In this document: piece after piece, positions 18,613 to 29,300 of the stretch
Numbering within the stretch: the stretch's first letter is position 1
Layout: every line of letters begins with the position of its first letter
Origin: a virus
IMG/VR virus record: IMGVR_UViG_3300025137_000017
Location: 32,001 to 96,000 of that record
Direction: 5' to 3' (one strand)
Length of the DNA stretch: 64,000 nt
Program-made: the position numbers and the translations under genes
Notes under the pieces: generated by a model
The model's database searches: none
Seen by the model: only the letters and a program-made list of their open reading frames with translations
Told to the model about the DNA's origin: nothing

Positions 18613-19710
18613 ATGGCTCATGCAATCGAACAACTCCTAAGTTCAGAAGTACTTTCAGAAGAGGTCAAAACCACACTTTCAGAAGCGTGGGAATCCAAAC
18701 TTTCTGAAGCTCGCGAAGAAATCACTGTTGAATTACGTGAAGAATTTGCGAACCGTTATGAAGCAGATAAAGATCAAATGGTAGAGGCACTAGATGCCAT
18801 GCTAACTGATACTTTAAAAACAGAACTAACAGAATTTGCTCAAGATAAGAATGAGGCTGTAAAAGCTAAAGTTCTATATCAAAAGCAAATTTCAGAACAT
18901 GCAAAACTTCTAGATGGTTTCGTAATGGAAACCCTTAAAAAGGAAATCCAAGAATTACGTGACGATCGTAAATTACAAGAAGGTAACTTTGTAAAGTTAG
19001 AGGACTTCGTAATGGAGCAACTAACAACTGAACTTAATGAATTCCACCAAGATAAGAAAGACGTTCTCGCAGAGAAAGTCAAATTGGTGAAAGAAGGTAA
19101 GAAAATGATTGCCGAAGCAAAGGCGAAATTCATATCTAAAGCAAGTACTAAACTAGCTGGTATTGTAGAATCTACACTAACAGCAGAATTAGGACTACTT
19201 AAAGAAGACATTCAGAAAGCAAAAGAAAATAACTTTGGTCGTAAGATCTTTGAAACTTTTGCAGCTGAATTTATGAGTTCCAACTTAGCGGATGGTACAC
19301 AAGTTTCAAACTTAGCTCAGGAATTAGAAAATATGAAGAAGCAACTAGCTGAATCAGAAACACTAATGGCTGAGAAAGACGGTAAAATAGTTAAAGCAGA
19401 AAAGAAAGCAGATCGTATTGCGGAAGCAAACGAACGTGCTGGTGTTCTAGCAGAACTACTTGGCCCTCTTGCAAAAGACAAGCGTGAATTGATGGGTAAT
19501 TTACTTGAATCAGTAGCGACTACTAAATTAAAAGTGTCCTATAACAAGTATCTACCAACTGTTTTAAATGAAACAGTTAAAACAACAACAAAAGCGAAAA
19601 CACTAAATGAATCTCAGAAGACTGAGATTACAGGTAACAAGGCAAAGACACAGGATACTGATGTGGACGCTGAAATTATTAACCTAAGAAAATTAGCCGG
19701 TATTAATTAA
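18613..19710 (+). CDS. Prohead scaffolding protein, T4 gp22-like
   Basis: Long coiled coil, FGRKIFETF, C-terminal LRKLAGIN; between protease and capsid. Confidence 0.85.
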   Translation: MAHAIEQLLSSEVLSEEVKTTLSEAWESKLSEAREEITVELREEFANRYEADKDQMVEALDAMLTDTLKTELTEFAQDKNEAVKAKVLYQKQISEHAKLLDGFVMETLKKEIQELRDDRKLQEGNFVKLEDFVMEQLTTELNEFHQDKKDVLAEKVKLVKEGKKMIAEAKAKFISKASTKLAGIVESTLTAELGLLKEDIQKAKENNFGRKIFETFAAEFMSSNLADGTQVSNLAQELENMKKQLAESETLMAEKDGKIVKAEKKADRIAEANERAGVLAELLGPLAKDKRELMGNLLESVATTKLKVSYNKYLPTVLNETVKTTTKAKTLNESQKTEITGNKAKTQDTDVDAEIINLRKLAGIN

Positions 19711-19729
19711 CTTTAAAGGAGATACCAAA

Positions 19730-20893
19730 ATGTCACAAAACCTATTTGAAAACTGGAGTGTAACTAAAGACGCTCTAACTGACGGTTTGACAGGCAACAA
19801 GAAAGTCGTAATGGAAACAGTTCTTGAGAACGCAAAAATACAACTTTCAGAATCAGCCTTATCAGGCACAACAATGGCAGGTAACATTGCAACACTAAAC
19901 AAAGTTATCCTTCCAGTAATCCGTCGTGTCATGCCAACTGTCATCGCTAACGAACTAGTTGGCGTACAACCAATGACTGGTCCAGTAGGCCAGATCCATA
20001 CACTTCGTGTACGTTATTCACAAGCAGCTGCAGGCGTAGCCGCTGGTGATGAAGCACTATCACCATTTGCAATTGCAAAAGGTTATTCAGGTAATGCTAG
20101 TACAGGAAAAGCTGATTCAACATCAGCATACGAAGCCGAAGCTGGACGTAAGATGTCCATCCAGGTACTAAAACAAACTGTTGAAGCTAAAACACGCAAA
20201 CTATCAGCACGTTGGACTTTTGAAGCAGCACAAGATGCTCAATCAATGCACGGTCTAGACGTTGAAGCTGAAATTATGCAGGCTCTAGCTCAAGAGATCA
20301 CAGCTGAAATTGATCAAGAAGTTTTAACTTCACTTGATACATTAGCTGGTACGGCTGCAGATACTTACAACCAAGCTGGTGTAAGTGGTACTCCAACATT
20401 CGTTGGTGACCAACATGCTGCCCTAGCAGTTCTAATTAATAGATCAGCTAACCTAATCGCGGCAAGAACACGTCGTGGTGCAGGTAACTGGGTTGTGGTT
20501 TCACCAACAATCCTAACAGTACTACAATCAGCGACAACTTCAGCGTTTGCAAGAACAACTGAAGGTCCTTTTGAAGCACCTACAAACACAAAATTCGTTG
20601 GAACTCTAAACGGTACAATGAAAGTATTTGTAAACCAGTATGCGGCAGATTCTGCCAACGTACTAGTAGGCTACAAAGGCGAAGGCGAAATTGATGCGGC
20701 AGCTTTCTATTGCCCATACATTCCGTTGATGTCATCTGGTACAGTACTAGATCCAGCAACATTTGAGCCAGTAGTTTCATTCATGACCCGTTATGGTTAT
20801 GTAGAGCTAACTAACCAAGCTTCATCCCTTGGTAATGCAGCTGACTACCTAAGCAAAATTGCTGTTAACAGTGGTAACCTTAGCTTCCAGTAA
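19730..20893 (+). CDS. Major capsid protein, T4 gp23-like
   Basis: VGVQPMTGPVG, VEAKTRKLSARWT.E..QD, EITAEIDQE, AFYCPYIPL and MTRYG motifs. Confidence 0.95.
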   Translation: MSQNLFENWSVTKDALTDGLTGNKKVVMETVLENAKIQLSESALSGTTMAGNIATLNKVILPVIRRVMPTVIANELVGVQPMTGPVGQIHTLRVRYSQAAAGVAAGDEALSPFAIAKGYSGNASTGKADSTSAYEAEAGRKMSIQVLKQTVEAKTRKLSARWTFEAAQDAQSMHGLDVEAEIMQALAQEITAEIDQEVLTSLDTLAGTAADTYNQAGVSGTPTFVGDQHAALAVLINRSANLIAARTRRGAGNWVVVSPTILTVLQSATTSAFARTTEGPFEAPTNTKFVGTLNGTMKVFVNQYAADSANVLVGYKGEGEIDAAAFYCPYIPLMSSGTVLDPATFEPVVSFMTRYGYVELTNQASSLGNAADYLSKIAVNSGNLSFQ

Positions 20894-20915
20894 AATTTAT
20901 TTTACAAGGAAAACG

Positions 20916-20944
20916 AAAACAGCACCTTCGGGTGCTGTTTTTTT
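20916..20944 (+). terminator. Intrinsic terminator after the capsid gene
   Basis: AAAACAGCACC-TTCG-GGTGCTGTTTT followed by a U-run; cUUCGg tetraloop. Confidence 0.9.
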
Positions 20945-20995
20945 ATGACAAAAATAAACTAAATACATATATAGAACGAATTGGAGAGTTTTGAA

Positions 20996-21661
20996 ATGGC
21001 AACCATAATCAACCCTGATAACGGAGAGTTTATCGTAAAAGGAACTATAACGTCTAGTGCCTCAGGAGCGTCTAGTTCTGAAAAAATTAGAATTACAAGT
21101 ACTGATGATATAGACCTAAATAGCATTCCAGTAGATTTTGCGTCCGCCGATGTTGCACTAAACATTGCAGGCGGTGTTTATACTGCTGGAAATCATTATA
21201 TAGATGGAACATTTGTTGCTAACGGAGATATTGTATCTTTAGGTAACGTAGGTGGAAGCCTAAGTCTTGGAGCAAATATTAGTAGTAACCTCATACCTAG
21301 TACAAACAACAGTTTTAGTATAGGTAATGCTTCAAATAATTGGGCAAAAGTATATATGAGTCATTTAATCCTAGATGATGACGAACAAACAATTACATCT
21401 GGATGGACAGATGGAAATTCCACAAGTAAGATTACTTCAGGAACATCAAGCACTCTATCTTTAGGTGCTGGAACAGTAGGCGGAGTATATGTATTTTATG
21501 TTGATTCAACAGGTGCAGGTTCTGGAACAGTAACTATAACACCAGCCACAGCTAACGGTTTCTCTACTATGACATTTAGTAATGCCGGAGATAGTCTAAC
21601 TGCTACATATAGGGCAGACGGTTGGACAATTATCAACGCTTTTAGGACTGCGATAGCTTAA
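20996..21661 (+). CDS. Virion structural / fibre-like protein
   Basis: Late motif ACTAAATA at 20958-20965; GGAG RBS; Ser/Thr/Gly-rich; SNLIP...SIG...NW fibre motif. Confidence 0.55.
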   Translation: MATIINPDNGEFIVKGTITSSASGASSSEKIRITSTDDIDLNSIPVDFASADVALNIAGGVYTAGNHYIDGTFVANGDIVSLGNVGGSLSLGANISSNLIPSTNNSFSIGNASNNWAKVYMSHLILDDDEQTITSGWTDGNSTSKITSGTSSTLSLGAGTVGGVYVFYVDSTGAGSGTVTITPATANGFSTMTFSNAGDSLTATYRADGWTIINAFRTAIA

Positions 21662-21703
21662 TAATATCGTATAAATACATTAAGGAACCAGAGGAATTAT
21701 AAA

Positions 21704-24700
21704 TTGCCAATTAATATAAATCATGCACAAAATAAACTCTCAACAGACAGTACGTTAACGGTTGATTCAACTAGTAACGTTAGTCTAAGTGGAACTTCGC
21801 AAATTAAAGATGCCGTTGATCCAACTGATGCACAAGATTTAACAACAAAGGCATACGTCGACTCACAAGTAGCAGGCGGTGGTGGCGATCTTACGTTAGG
21901 TACACCAACAGATGGAACTTTCGGTGATGGTTCATATAAAGATTTAGATTCAACTGCAACAATTACAGATGCAATTGATGATATAAATGAAACAATGGAA
22001 AACATTCGCAACAATACGTTTGTTCGTGATGTTGATTTTACTGCTGACGTTGATACAGGCGGCGCAGGTTTATTAGTAACATTAACAACCACAGTAGATG
22101 GAAATGCAAACCAATTTGTAATCGATTGGGGAGATGGATCAGGTATTGACACAGTAGTTGATACAACACCTTCACATACATATAATACAAATGTTGGAAG
22201 TCCTTTTAATGTTTCAGTAACTGCAAAAAATACAAGCGGTAGTGGATCTGGATCCAATTCAGTAGAACAAAAGAATTCTTTTATTACAATTTTTACAGCA
22301 ACACCGGTTCTTAATTTAGCGGCCTATTCAGCTAGTGCAGGAGGTAGTCCTATAACACAATGGGACGACGGCGACACAGTATATTTTGAGAATACAACAA
22401 CTAATACATCAGGAGCATCACTACAATATACATATAATTGGGGAGATGGAACAAGTATTGATACAGTAAATGCAGACTCTGATCCAGGTGGAGTAGGAGG
22501 CGGACGCCTTGCTCACACGTTTGCAACAGCAGGATCAGAAACAGAAGTTACTAGATTAGTTACCTTAACTCTTGTATCACATTCAACAGCAACACCATCA
22601 GAAATTCCAATTGTTGAAACTGATAGTTTTAAAATATATGATGAACATACTCCTAGTTTGACAATATCTGCCACTACAGGAATTAATGAATTAGCATCTA
22701 GTGGTCTAGATGTAACAGTAACAAACACGACAGAAACAACAATAGGTAGTTATTCTACATATGGTATTCAATATTTATGGACATGGGGTGACGGCACAAC
22801 AGATTCTGTAAACACAGGATCTGGATTTTTTGGTGATACTGGAAATACTTTAGATCATACATATGTACTAAGCTCCAGTGACCAAGCAAATGGCGTTGCT
22901 CAAGATTACACAGGTAATCTACAAGTTATAAGTAATCATTCAAACAGTCCTTTCTCAAGTACTAACTTTACTGTTCACTTGGAACCAGATGTTAGAGCAA
23001 ACATTGCCGGTACAGCCGTATCAATAAGTGATAGAAATGGTGATAACCAATTTGATTTATATGATGGTGTTGATTATAACGGTGTGAATCGTGCTTTATT
23101 CCGTGCTACAAATACATCACAAAACGGAGATGCATATGTATACGATTGGGGTGACTCAAGTGCAGATGAAAATGTTACTGAAGATGGATCATCACCAGGA
23201 ACAATATTTGCCACAATAGATCATGACTATAGTGGTGAATCAACTGGTAATAAAACATTTAACTTTACAGCAAATGGTACACCTGATATCACAGCACAAA
23301 CAGATTCAGAATCATTAACAGTACAACTTAATAGTGTTCCGGTAGCACCAGATGGATTAAGTACGAAGAGCCTAACACTACAGGATAGTTACCAAGGAAT
23401 TTCACCAGCGTTAGCATATGGGTATACAGACAATAGTGCAACTAGTCCTCTATCAGTAGGAGAAAGTTTAACCTCAACAACAGCGAGACGTTATGCAACA
23501 GGAACAATTGATACCAATGTTGTTACCAATGTATATGATGCAACAACTGGTATAGTAAGTGCTAAGATTAACGGAGTAGATGTAGGTAATAGAACACTTT
23601 CAACAACTCTAAATGAAAATGGAACATATACTAAACTAATACTATCCAATAATGGAGATGCAAATACTACAATTAGTAGCACAACGTATCCAACTGGATT
23701 TTATCAAACATTCAATGCAAAGATAACACAAGCAATTGCAGATTATCCTGTAGGATTAAGTGATGAGAGAATTGAACACACAACAACTGGTAACACCAAT
23801 TATGTTTCTGTTCTTAAAGATGATGTAACAACAACACCTACAGTAGATTTATCAAACGCAACACTTGTAGAAGATGTTGCTGGCACTTTGAGACAAATAA
23901 GTGGCATTAGTTATTATAATACTGGTTCTCCTAGTTTAACATTATCAGGTGTAGAACTTTATAATTGGATTGGCCAGTCATTTAGAGATGAAACAAATAT
24001 ATTTGAGATCCGTAATGGTACAAACTATGAAAGCACAAGCGGAGCAACTATTAGTACACAGTATAAAACTTATGCAGACCTACAGGGTGGTATAAACTAT
24101 ATTACTGGCGGAGCACCACATGCCAATACAGGTAAAGATGTTTCAAACAGTTATGAAATTGGAGCTCAAACAATTAGTTTAACTACAAGTACTACATATG
24201 GGGTTGAAACAATTAAGTTTAGAGCGTATAATGTAAATGGTACTGGAAGTTTTTCCGAATTCACAAATAAGAAGATACAGTATCACAAGTCAAGTCCTTT
24301 TGGAATTGTTGAAGATGATATAGACGTTAATAGTAGCCTGGGTAACGGAGACTTTACTGATAATGGATTGCGTATAGCAGACTTCTTAAGTGAGACAACT
24401 GATAATCCAGCAATTAATGGATCAACTAATTATTACACAAACAACTTATTTACAGGTGCCGAGACAGTACAAGGAACAAAAGAAGCTACAATTAGATTTG
24501 GAGTATTAAAAAACTACATAGAAGATTTAAGCACTGATTATTTGCCAGCAGGTCCTGATAGAAGTGGTGATAATGGAAGACAGTATTTTACTTTTGCTTT
24601 CCGTAGAAAAGTTGTTGCTAACTTTGATATTTCTATTAATTCATCAACTGGTATTGCGGGCGTTTGGATTGCGGCACCGGGTACTGGCATAGATAGTTCA

Positions 24701-24970
24701 TCAGGATTAAATGGATGGCTAGATGCAACTGCACAATATTTAGGTGTTGGTGTGCCGGGTAGTAACACAGGAGCAGGCGGTAATGGTGGAAATGGGTGTG
24801 CTTTAACTGGTGGAGATGTTATTTCTACAGGAGTAAGCATAAACAATAGTTTTACACTTACATTAGGAAGTGAGAATATGAGTAATGCAACAGGAAATGT
24901 TGTGTTAGTTAGAATTGCATTAGATGGTAATGAAAGTATCTCAAGTCTAAGTATTGAGGAGGCGGCCTAA
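21704..24970 (+). CDS. Large virion protein with multiple PKD/Ig-like domains
   Basis: TATAAATA at 21670-21677; TTG start after GAGG; four WGDG/WGD + H-x-Y/F PKD-type motifs; DPTDAQDLTTKAYVD motif. Confidence 0.7.
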   Translation: MPININHAQNKLSTDSTLTVDSTSNVSLSGTSQIKDAVDPTDAQDLTTKAYVDSQVAGGGGDLTLGTPTDGTFGDGSYKDLDSTATITDAIDDINETMENIRNNTFVRDVDFTADVDTGGAGLLVTLTTTVDGNANQFVIDWGDGSGIDTVVDTTPSHTYNTNVGSPFNVSVTAKNTSGSGSGSNSVEQKNSFITIFTATPVLNLAAYSASAGGSPITQWDDGDTVYFENTTTNTSGASLQYTYNWGDGTSIDTVNADSDPGGVGGGRLAHTFATAGSETEVTRLVTLTLVSHSTATPSEIPIVETDSFKIYDEHTPSLTISATTGINELASSGLDVTVTNTTETTIGSYSTYGIQYLWTWGDGTTDSVNTGSGFFGDTGNTLDHTYVLSSSDQANGVAQDYTGNLQVISNHSNSPFSSTNFTVHLEPDVRANIAGTAVSISDRNGDNQFDLYDGVDYNGVNRALFRATNTSQNGDAYVYDWGDSSADENVTEDGSSPGTIFATIDHDYSGESTGNKTFNFTANGTPDITAQTDSESLTVQLNSVPVAPDGLSTKSLTLQDSYQGISPALAYGYTDNSATSPLSVGESLTSTTARRYATGTIDTNVVTNVYDATTGIVSAKINGVDVGNRTLSTTLNENGTYTKLILSNNGDANTTISSTTYPTGFYQTFNAKITQAIADYPVGLSDERIEHTTTGNTNYVSVLKDDVTTTPTVDLSNATLVEDVAGTLRQISGISYYNTGSPSLTLSGVELYNWIGQSFRDETNIFEIRNGTNYESTSGATISTQYKTYADLQGGINYITGGAPHANTGKDVSNSYEIGAQTISLTTSTTYGVETIKFRAYNVNGTGSFSEFTNKKIQYHKSSPFGIVEDDIDVNSSLGNGDFTDNGLRIADFLSETTDNPAINGSTNYYTNNLFTGAETVQGTKEATIRFGVLKNYIEDLSTDYLPAGPDRSGDNGRQYFTFAFRRKVVANFDISINSSTGIAGVWIAAPGTGIDSSSGLNGWLDATAQYLGVGVPGSNTGAGGNGGNGCALTGGDVISTGVSINNSFTLTLGSENMSNATGNVVLVRIALDGNESISSLSIEEAA

Positions 24971-26235
24971 TGGCAATTTCAGACGGCCAAAAACTTGACT
25001 TTGTATGGAAAAAATTAGGTTATGGTGCAGCCAAAACTGATTTAAACAGTAATAAACTAGCGGCCAACGAAGCCATTGTTAGTCCGCTATTACTCAGAGG
25101 AGATAAGATCCTAACAGATGCTGGCAGTATTCCAGCAGTTATTCCAGGATCAAGTACTAGTGCAGTTACAGTTTATTCTACTCCGGTTGAGTGTACAAAT
25201 GATGTAACAGCGTCAGCAAATAGAACATGGAAAACAGACCTAACAGATTGGATTACCCCAGAATTTGGTTCAACATATCTAGTTAAAGTATACATCCATA
25301 CGGCAGGAGATGCGGCCGGAGCCTCCGGTATTAGCAGACAGGTGTTTGTTACTGGTAGTGGTAATAATGACGAATGGTTCTTTGATTACCAAGCGGGTGT
25401 GTTAAACTTTATCGGTGATAATTTACCTAATGGAAAAACTTTTACTGGAAATAGCGTTTATATTTCAGGTGCTAGATATGTAGGAACATTTGGATTAAGT
25501 GCTTCTGCAAGTCAAGGTTTAACAATAGCAGAAGTAAATGACAGTCCAAACGTTAATGTTGGAAATGCTTCTCAAATTAGATTTAATACTACAAACGGTT
25601 TTGAATTAACGGACGAAGGATCAGGATCTGTACTAGTTGAATATACAGCAGGTGCAACTAGCCTTACTGATTTAAGTATCACAGACGGAACAGCAGGACA
25701 AGTACTTAGTACTGATGGTAATGAAAACTACTCATTCCAAGATTCTATTTTAACTGGAACTGTTCCAACAGGAGAGGTTTTTAATCCAGCCTCCAATCAA
25801 ACTGCATTTACACTTGCAACAACTCCTGCAAACGAAGAAGCTATTGATGTATATGTTGATGGTGTTATACAAGTACCTGGAGCAAGTGAAAACTTTTCAG
25901 TTTCAACTAATACATTAACATTCACTTCAGCAGTACAGTCAGGCAGTGAAGTATTTGTTAAACACAGAACACCACATGCAACTGTGGCGGCTGTCAACGC
26001 AAATTCAATTACAAACAATAATCTAAACTTAACTTATACAAGTCATGAATTTACTGGAGACGGCACAACAACTGACTATACAATACAAGCAGAACATTCA
26101 GTACATAGTGTCCTTGTTTTTGTTGCTGGACTTTTGGTATCAACTTCCACTTACACAATTTCAGGAAGTACATTAACATTTACTACTGCTCCAACTGTTG
26201 GACAGGACATATTCTTTAGGTATATGCCAGTATAA
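24970..26235 (+). CDS. Virion structural protein (fibre/baseplate associated)
   Basis: WFFDYQAGVLNF motif plus two C-terminal repeats of the F-x-GDG...V-x-V-x-G...Y...TLTF type. Confidence 0.6.
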   Translation: MAISDGQKLDFVWKKLGYGAAKTDLNSNKLAANEAIVSPLLLRGDKILTDAGSIPAVIPGSSTSAVTVYSTPVECTNDVTASANRTWKTDLTDWITPEFGSTYLVKVYIHTAGDAAGASGISRQVFVTGSGNNDEWFFDYQAGVLNFIGDNLPNGKTFTGNSVYISGARYVGTFGLSASASQGLTIAEVNDSPNVNVGNASQIRFNTTNGFELTDEGSGSVLVEYTAGATSLTDLSITDGTAGQVLSTDGNENYSFQDSILTGTVPTGEVFNPASNQTAFTLATTPANEEAIDVYVDGVIQVPGASENFSVSTNTLTFTSAVQSGSEVFVKHRTPHATVAAVNANSITNNNLNLTYTSHEFTGDGTTTDYTIQAEHSVHSVLVFVAGLLVSTSTYTISGSTLTFTTAPTVGQDIFFRYMPV

Positions 26236-26304
26236 AGTTACCCTAACAGTTATGTAGATCTCTATCTCATTTAAAAACAGACTACTTAACTCCTTTCACA
26301 ATTA

Positions 26305-26367
26305 TATAAATATTACTAGGAATAGCTCTAGCCAGCTATTACCTCGCCTTTGTCCTGAGGACAAAGG
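26305..26367 (+). promoter_or_regulatory. Late promoter TATAAATA with a two-hairpin 5' leader
   Basis: TATAAATA 26305-26312; AATAGCT/AGCTATT 26321-26340; CCTTTGTCC/GGACAAAGG 26347-26367. Confidence 0.6.
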
Positions 26368-26395
26368 ATCATTATAATGAATGGGGAATTTAAAC

Positions 26396-29300
26396 ATGGC
26401 TTTTAGACAAATTAAAACTCCCGCTCTCGCGAATCTGGCAGTAACAAATGTCAAGTTAGATGTAACGTCGATAACCGGTCAAACGGCGTTGAGTACAATA
26501 TCTAGCAAGGCAAACGATGTTATTATGATTTTCGATAGTGCGAATTCTGCCTTAAAGAAGATATCTATTACAGACTTGATTACAACAAGTTTGACAACAA
26601 CAGATCTTCCAGAAGGTTCTAACAAGTACTTTACAACAGGCAGAGTAGATACACAAATCGATGCATACCTTACAGGTGGCACAGGTGTTGGTGTATCTTC
26701 AGGCGAAATTAGTATTGGACAAGCAGTAGCAACAAGTGATTCAGTTGAATTTGCTGGTATTACAGGACCTTTAACAGGTAATGTAACTGGTAATATTGAC
26801 GGTATCGTTGGTGGTAACACACCGGCTGCTGGTACATTTACAACAATTAACACATCAAGTAATGTGGTAGTTGGCGGAAACTTGACAGTTTCAGGAACAA
26901 CAACAACTGTTAGCTCAAATGAAGTTAACATTGGTGATGCTATCCTACTACTGAATAGTGACGAAACAGGGTCAGCGTCAGAGAACGCTGGTATCGAAAT
27001 TGAGCGTGGAACAGATGTAAATAAGACTTTAATCTGGAACGAAACTACTGACAAATGGACAGTTGGTGCAGAAACTTTTGTAGCAGGTGCATTTGAAGGA
27101 GACCTTACAGGTGATGTAACAGGTGACGTAACTGGTGATTTAACTGGTGACGTAACAGGTAATATTACTTCAGCAGGTGCTTCAGTATTCAGTGGTACAA
27201 TCAACCTAAACGGTGCGGTTGTTTCTAATGCGGCATTTGATCTTACTGGTGATATCACTGGTAACATTGCTTCTGCAGGATCAAGTTCATTTGCAACTGT
27301 TGATATCAATGGCGGTGCTATTGACGGAACTACAATTGGATCCACCACACCTTCAACTGGTGCTTTCACTACAATAACTTCAACTCTTGGTTATACTGGT
27401 GCAGTAACTGGTGACTTAACTGGTGACATCTACTCAAATGATGGCGCAGTCAAGGTTCTTGACAACGGTACAGACGGTACTGATGCTACAGCGATTATGG
27501 ATGTTACAGGTGACCTAACAGGTAATGCCTCAACAGCCACAACATTGGCAACTGCAAGAAACTTTAGTGCTACAGGTGACATAACAGCCGCCGCAGTATC
27601 ATTTAACGGTTCTAGTAACGTTGCTCTATCAACTGCATTGGCAGCTTCTGGCGTAACAGCTGGTACTTATGGTAGTTCTTCAGAAATTCCTGTACTTACA
27701 GTGGATGCTAAAGGACGTATTACAGCGGCTACAGTAGCAGCTTCAGGTGCAACATTAACAATTGGTGATGGTGCGTCAACTGATGATGTTATCGTTGGTA
27801 CAGATACACTAGCTTTTGTTGGTAGTACAGGCGTAACTTCAGCAGTTACTAACAATACAGTAACACTAAGTATTGGACAAGATGTTGGTACTTCTTCAGA
27901 CGTAGAGTTTGGTGGAATTACTGGTTCATCTCTTACAGATGGTGTTGCTACACTTAATGGTAGTGGTGCTTTAGCTGGAGTAACAACATTTACTTCAACT
28001 GGTAACGTTAACATCAATAATACTTTTACTATAAACGCAACAACAGGTATGGCTTCCGGTAATTTAACTGGTGACGTAACTGGTAATGCAGATACGGCGA
28101 CTTCACTTGAAACAGCTCGTGCATTAAGTTTAACAGGTGACGCTACGGCTTCCCTAGCAGGCTTTGATGGTTCAGCTGATGTTTCTGCAACATTAACTCT
28201 TGCGGCTACAGGTGTGGCAGCAGGTTCAACTGGTAGTGCAACACAAATTCCAGTAGTTACTGTTGATTCAAAAGGTCGTGTAACAGGAATGAGTACAGCA
28301 TCTCCGGCAGTCAGTATTGACTATGCAGGTGATACAGGTACTGATGCCCTTATTACAAATACTGAAACACTAACATTTAGTGGTGGTACAGGTCTTACTT
28401 CAGCCGTAACGGCGAACCAAGTAGAATTTCTATTGGCAGATACAGCCGTTACAGCGGCAACTTACGGTACTTCAAGTGCAGTAGGAACATTTGCCGTTGA
28501 TGCTCAGGGTCGTATTACAGGTGCAAGTGAAACTGATATTGCTATTAGTACATCGATTGCTGGTGACTCTGGAACTGAGAGTATTGCTCTTGGAACAGAT
28601 ACCCTAACAATTGCTGGTGGAACAGGACTAACATCTACAGCGGCTAGTGACACAGTTACTATTGCTCTAGATAATACAGCCGTAACTCCAGGTACAGTTG
28701 GTAGTGCAACAGAGATTCCAGTTATTACAATTGACCAACAAGGTCGTATTACTGGTACAACTGTAGCGACAACAAGCACTTCACAGACAATTGCTGGTGA
28801 CTCAGGAACTGACCAAGTTGTTAGTTTCACAGACACACTAACATTTGAAGGTGGAACAGGTGTAACAACAACTGTAACAGATAACAAGGCAAGTTTTGCT
28901 ATTGGACAGGCTGTTGCAACTTCAGACAACGTAACATTTAACAATGTAAACGTTTCTGGTACACTAACATCAGATGACTTAACATCAACTGATATTACAG
29001 TGGCTGGTAACGCAACAGTTAGTGGAAACCTAACAGTTAACGGTACAACAACTTCTGTAAATTCAACAACAGTACAGATTGACGATCCAATCTTTACACT
29101 AGGTGATAGTGGAATTTCCGCAGACGACAACAAAGACCGCGGTATTGAATTCCATTGGCATAATGGTACAGCAGCGAAAACTGGATTCTTCGGATATGAT
29201 GATTCAGCTTCTAAGTTTGTATTCTACAATGACGCAACTAACACTGGCGAAACTTTTGCTGGTACGGCTGCTGATGCAGAATTTGGTGACTTAGTTGTAA

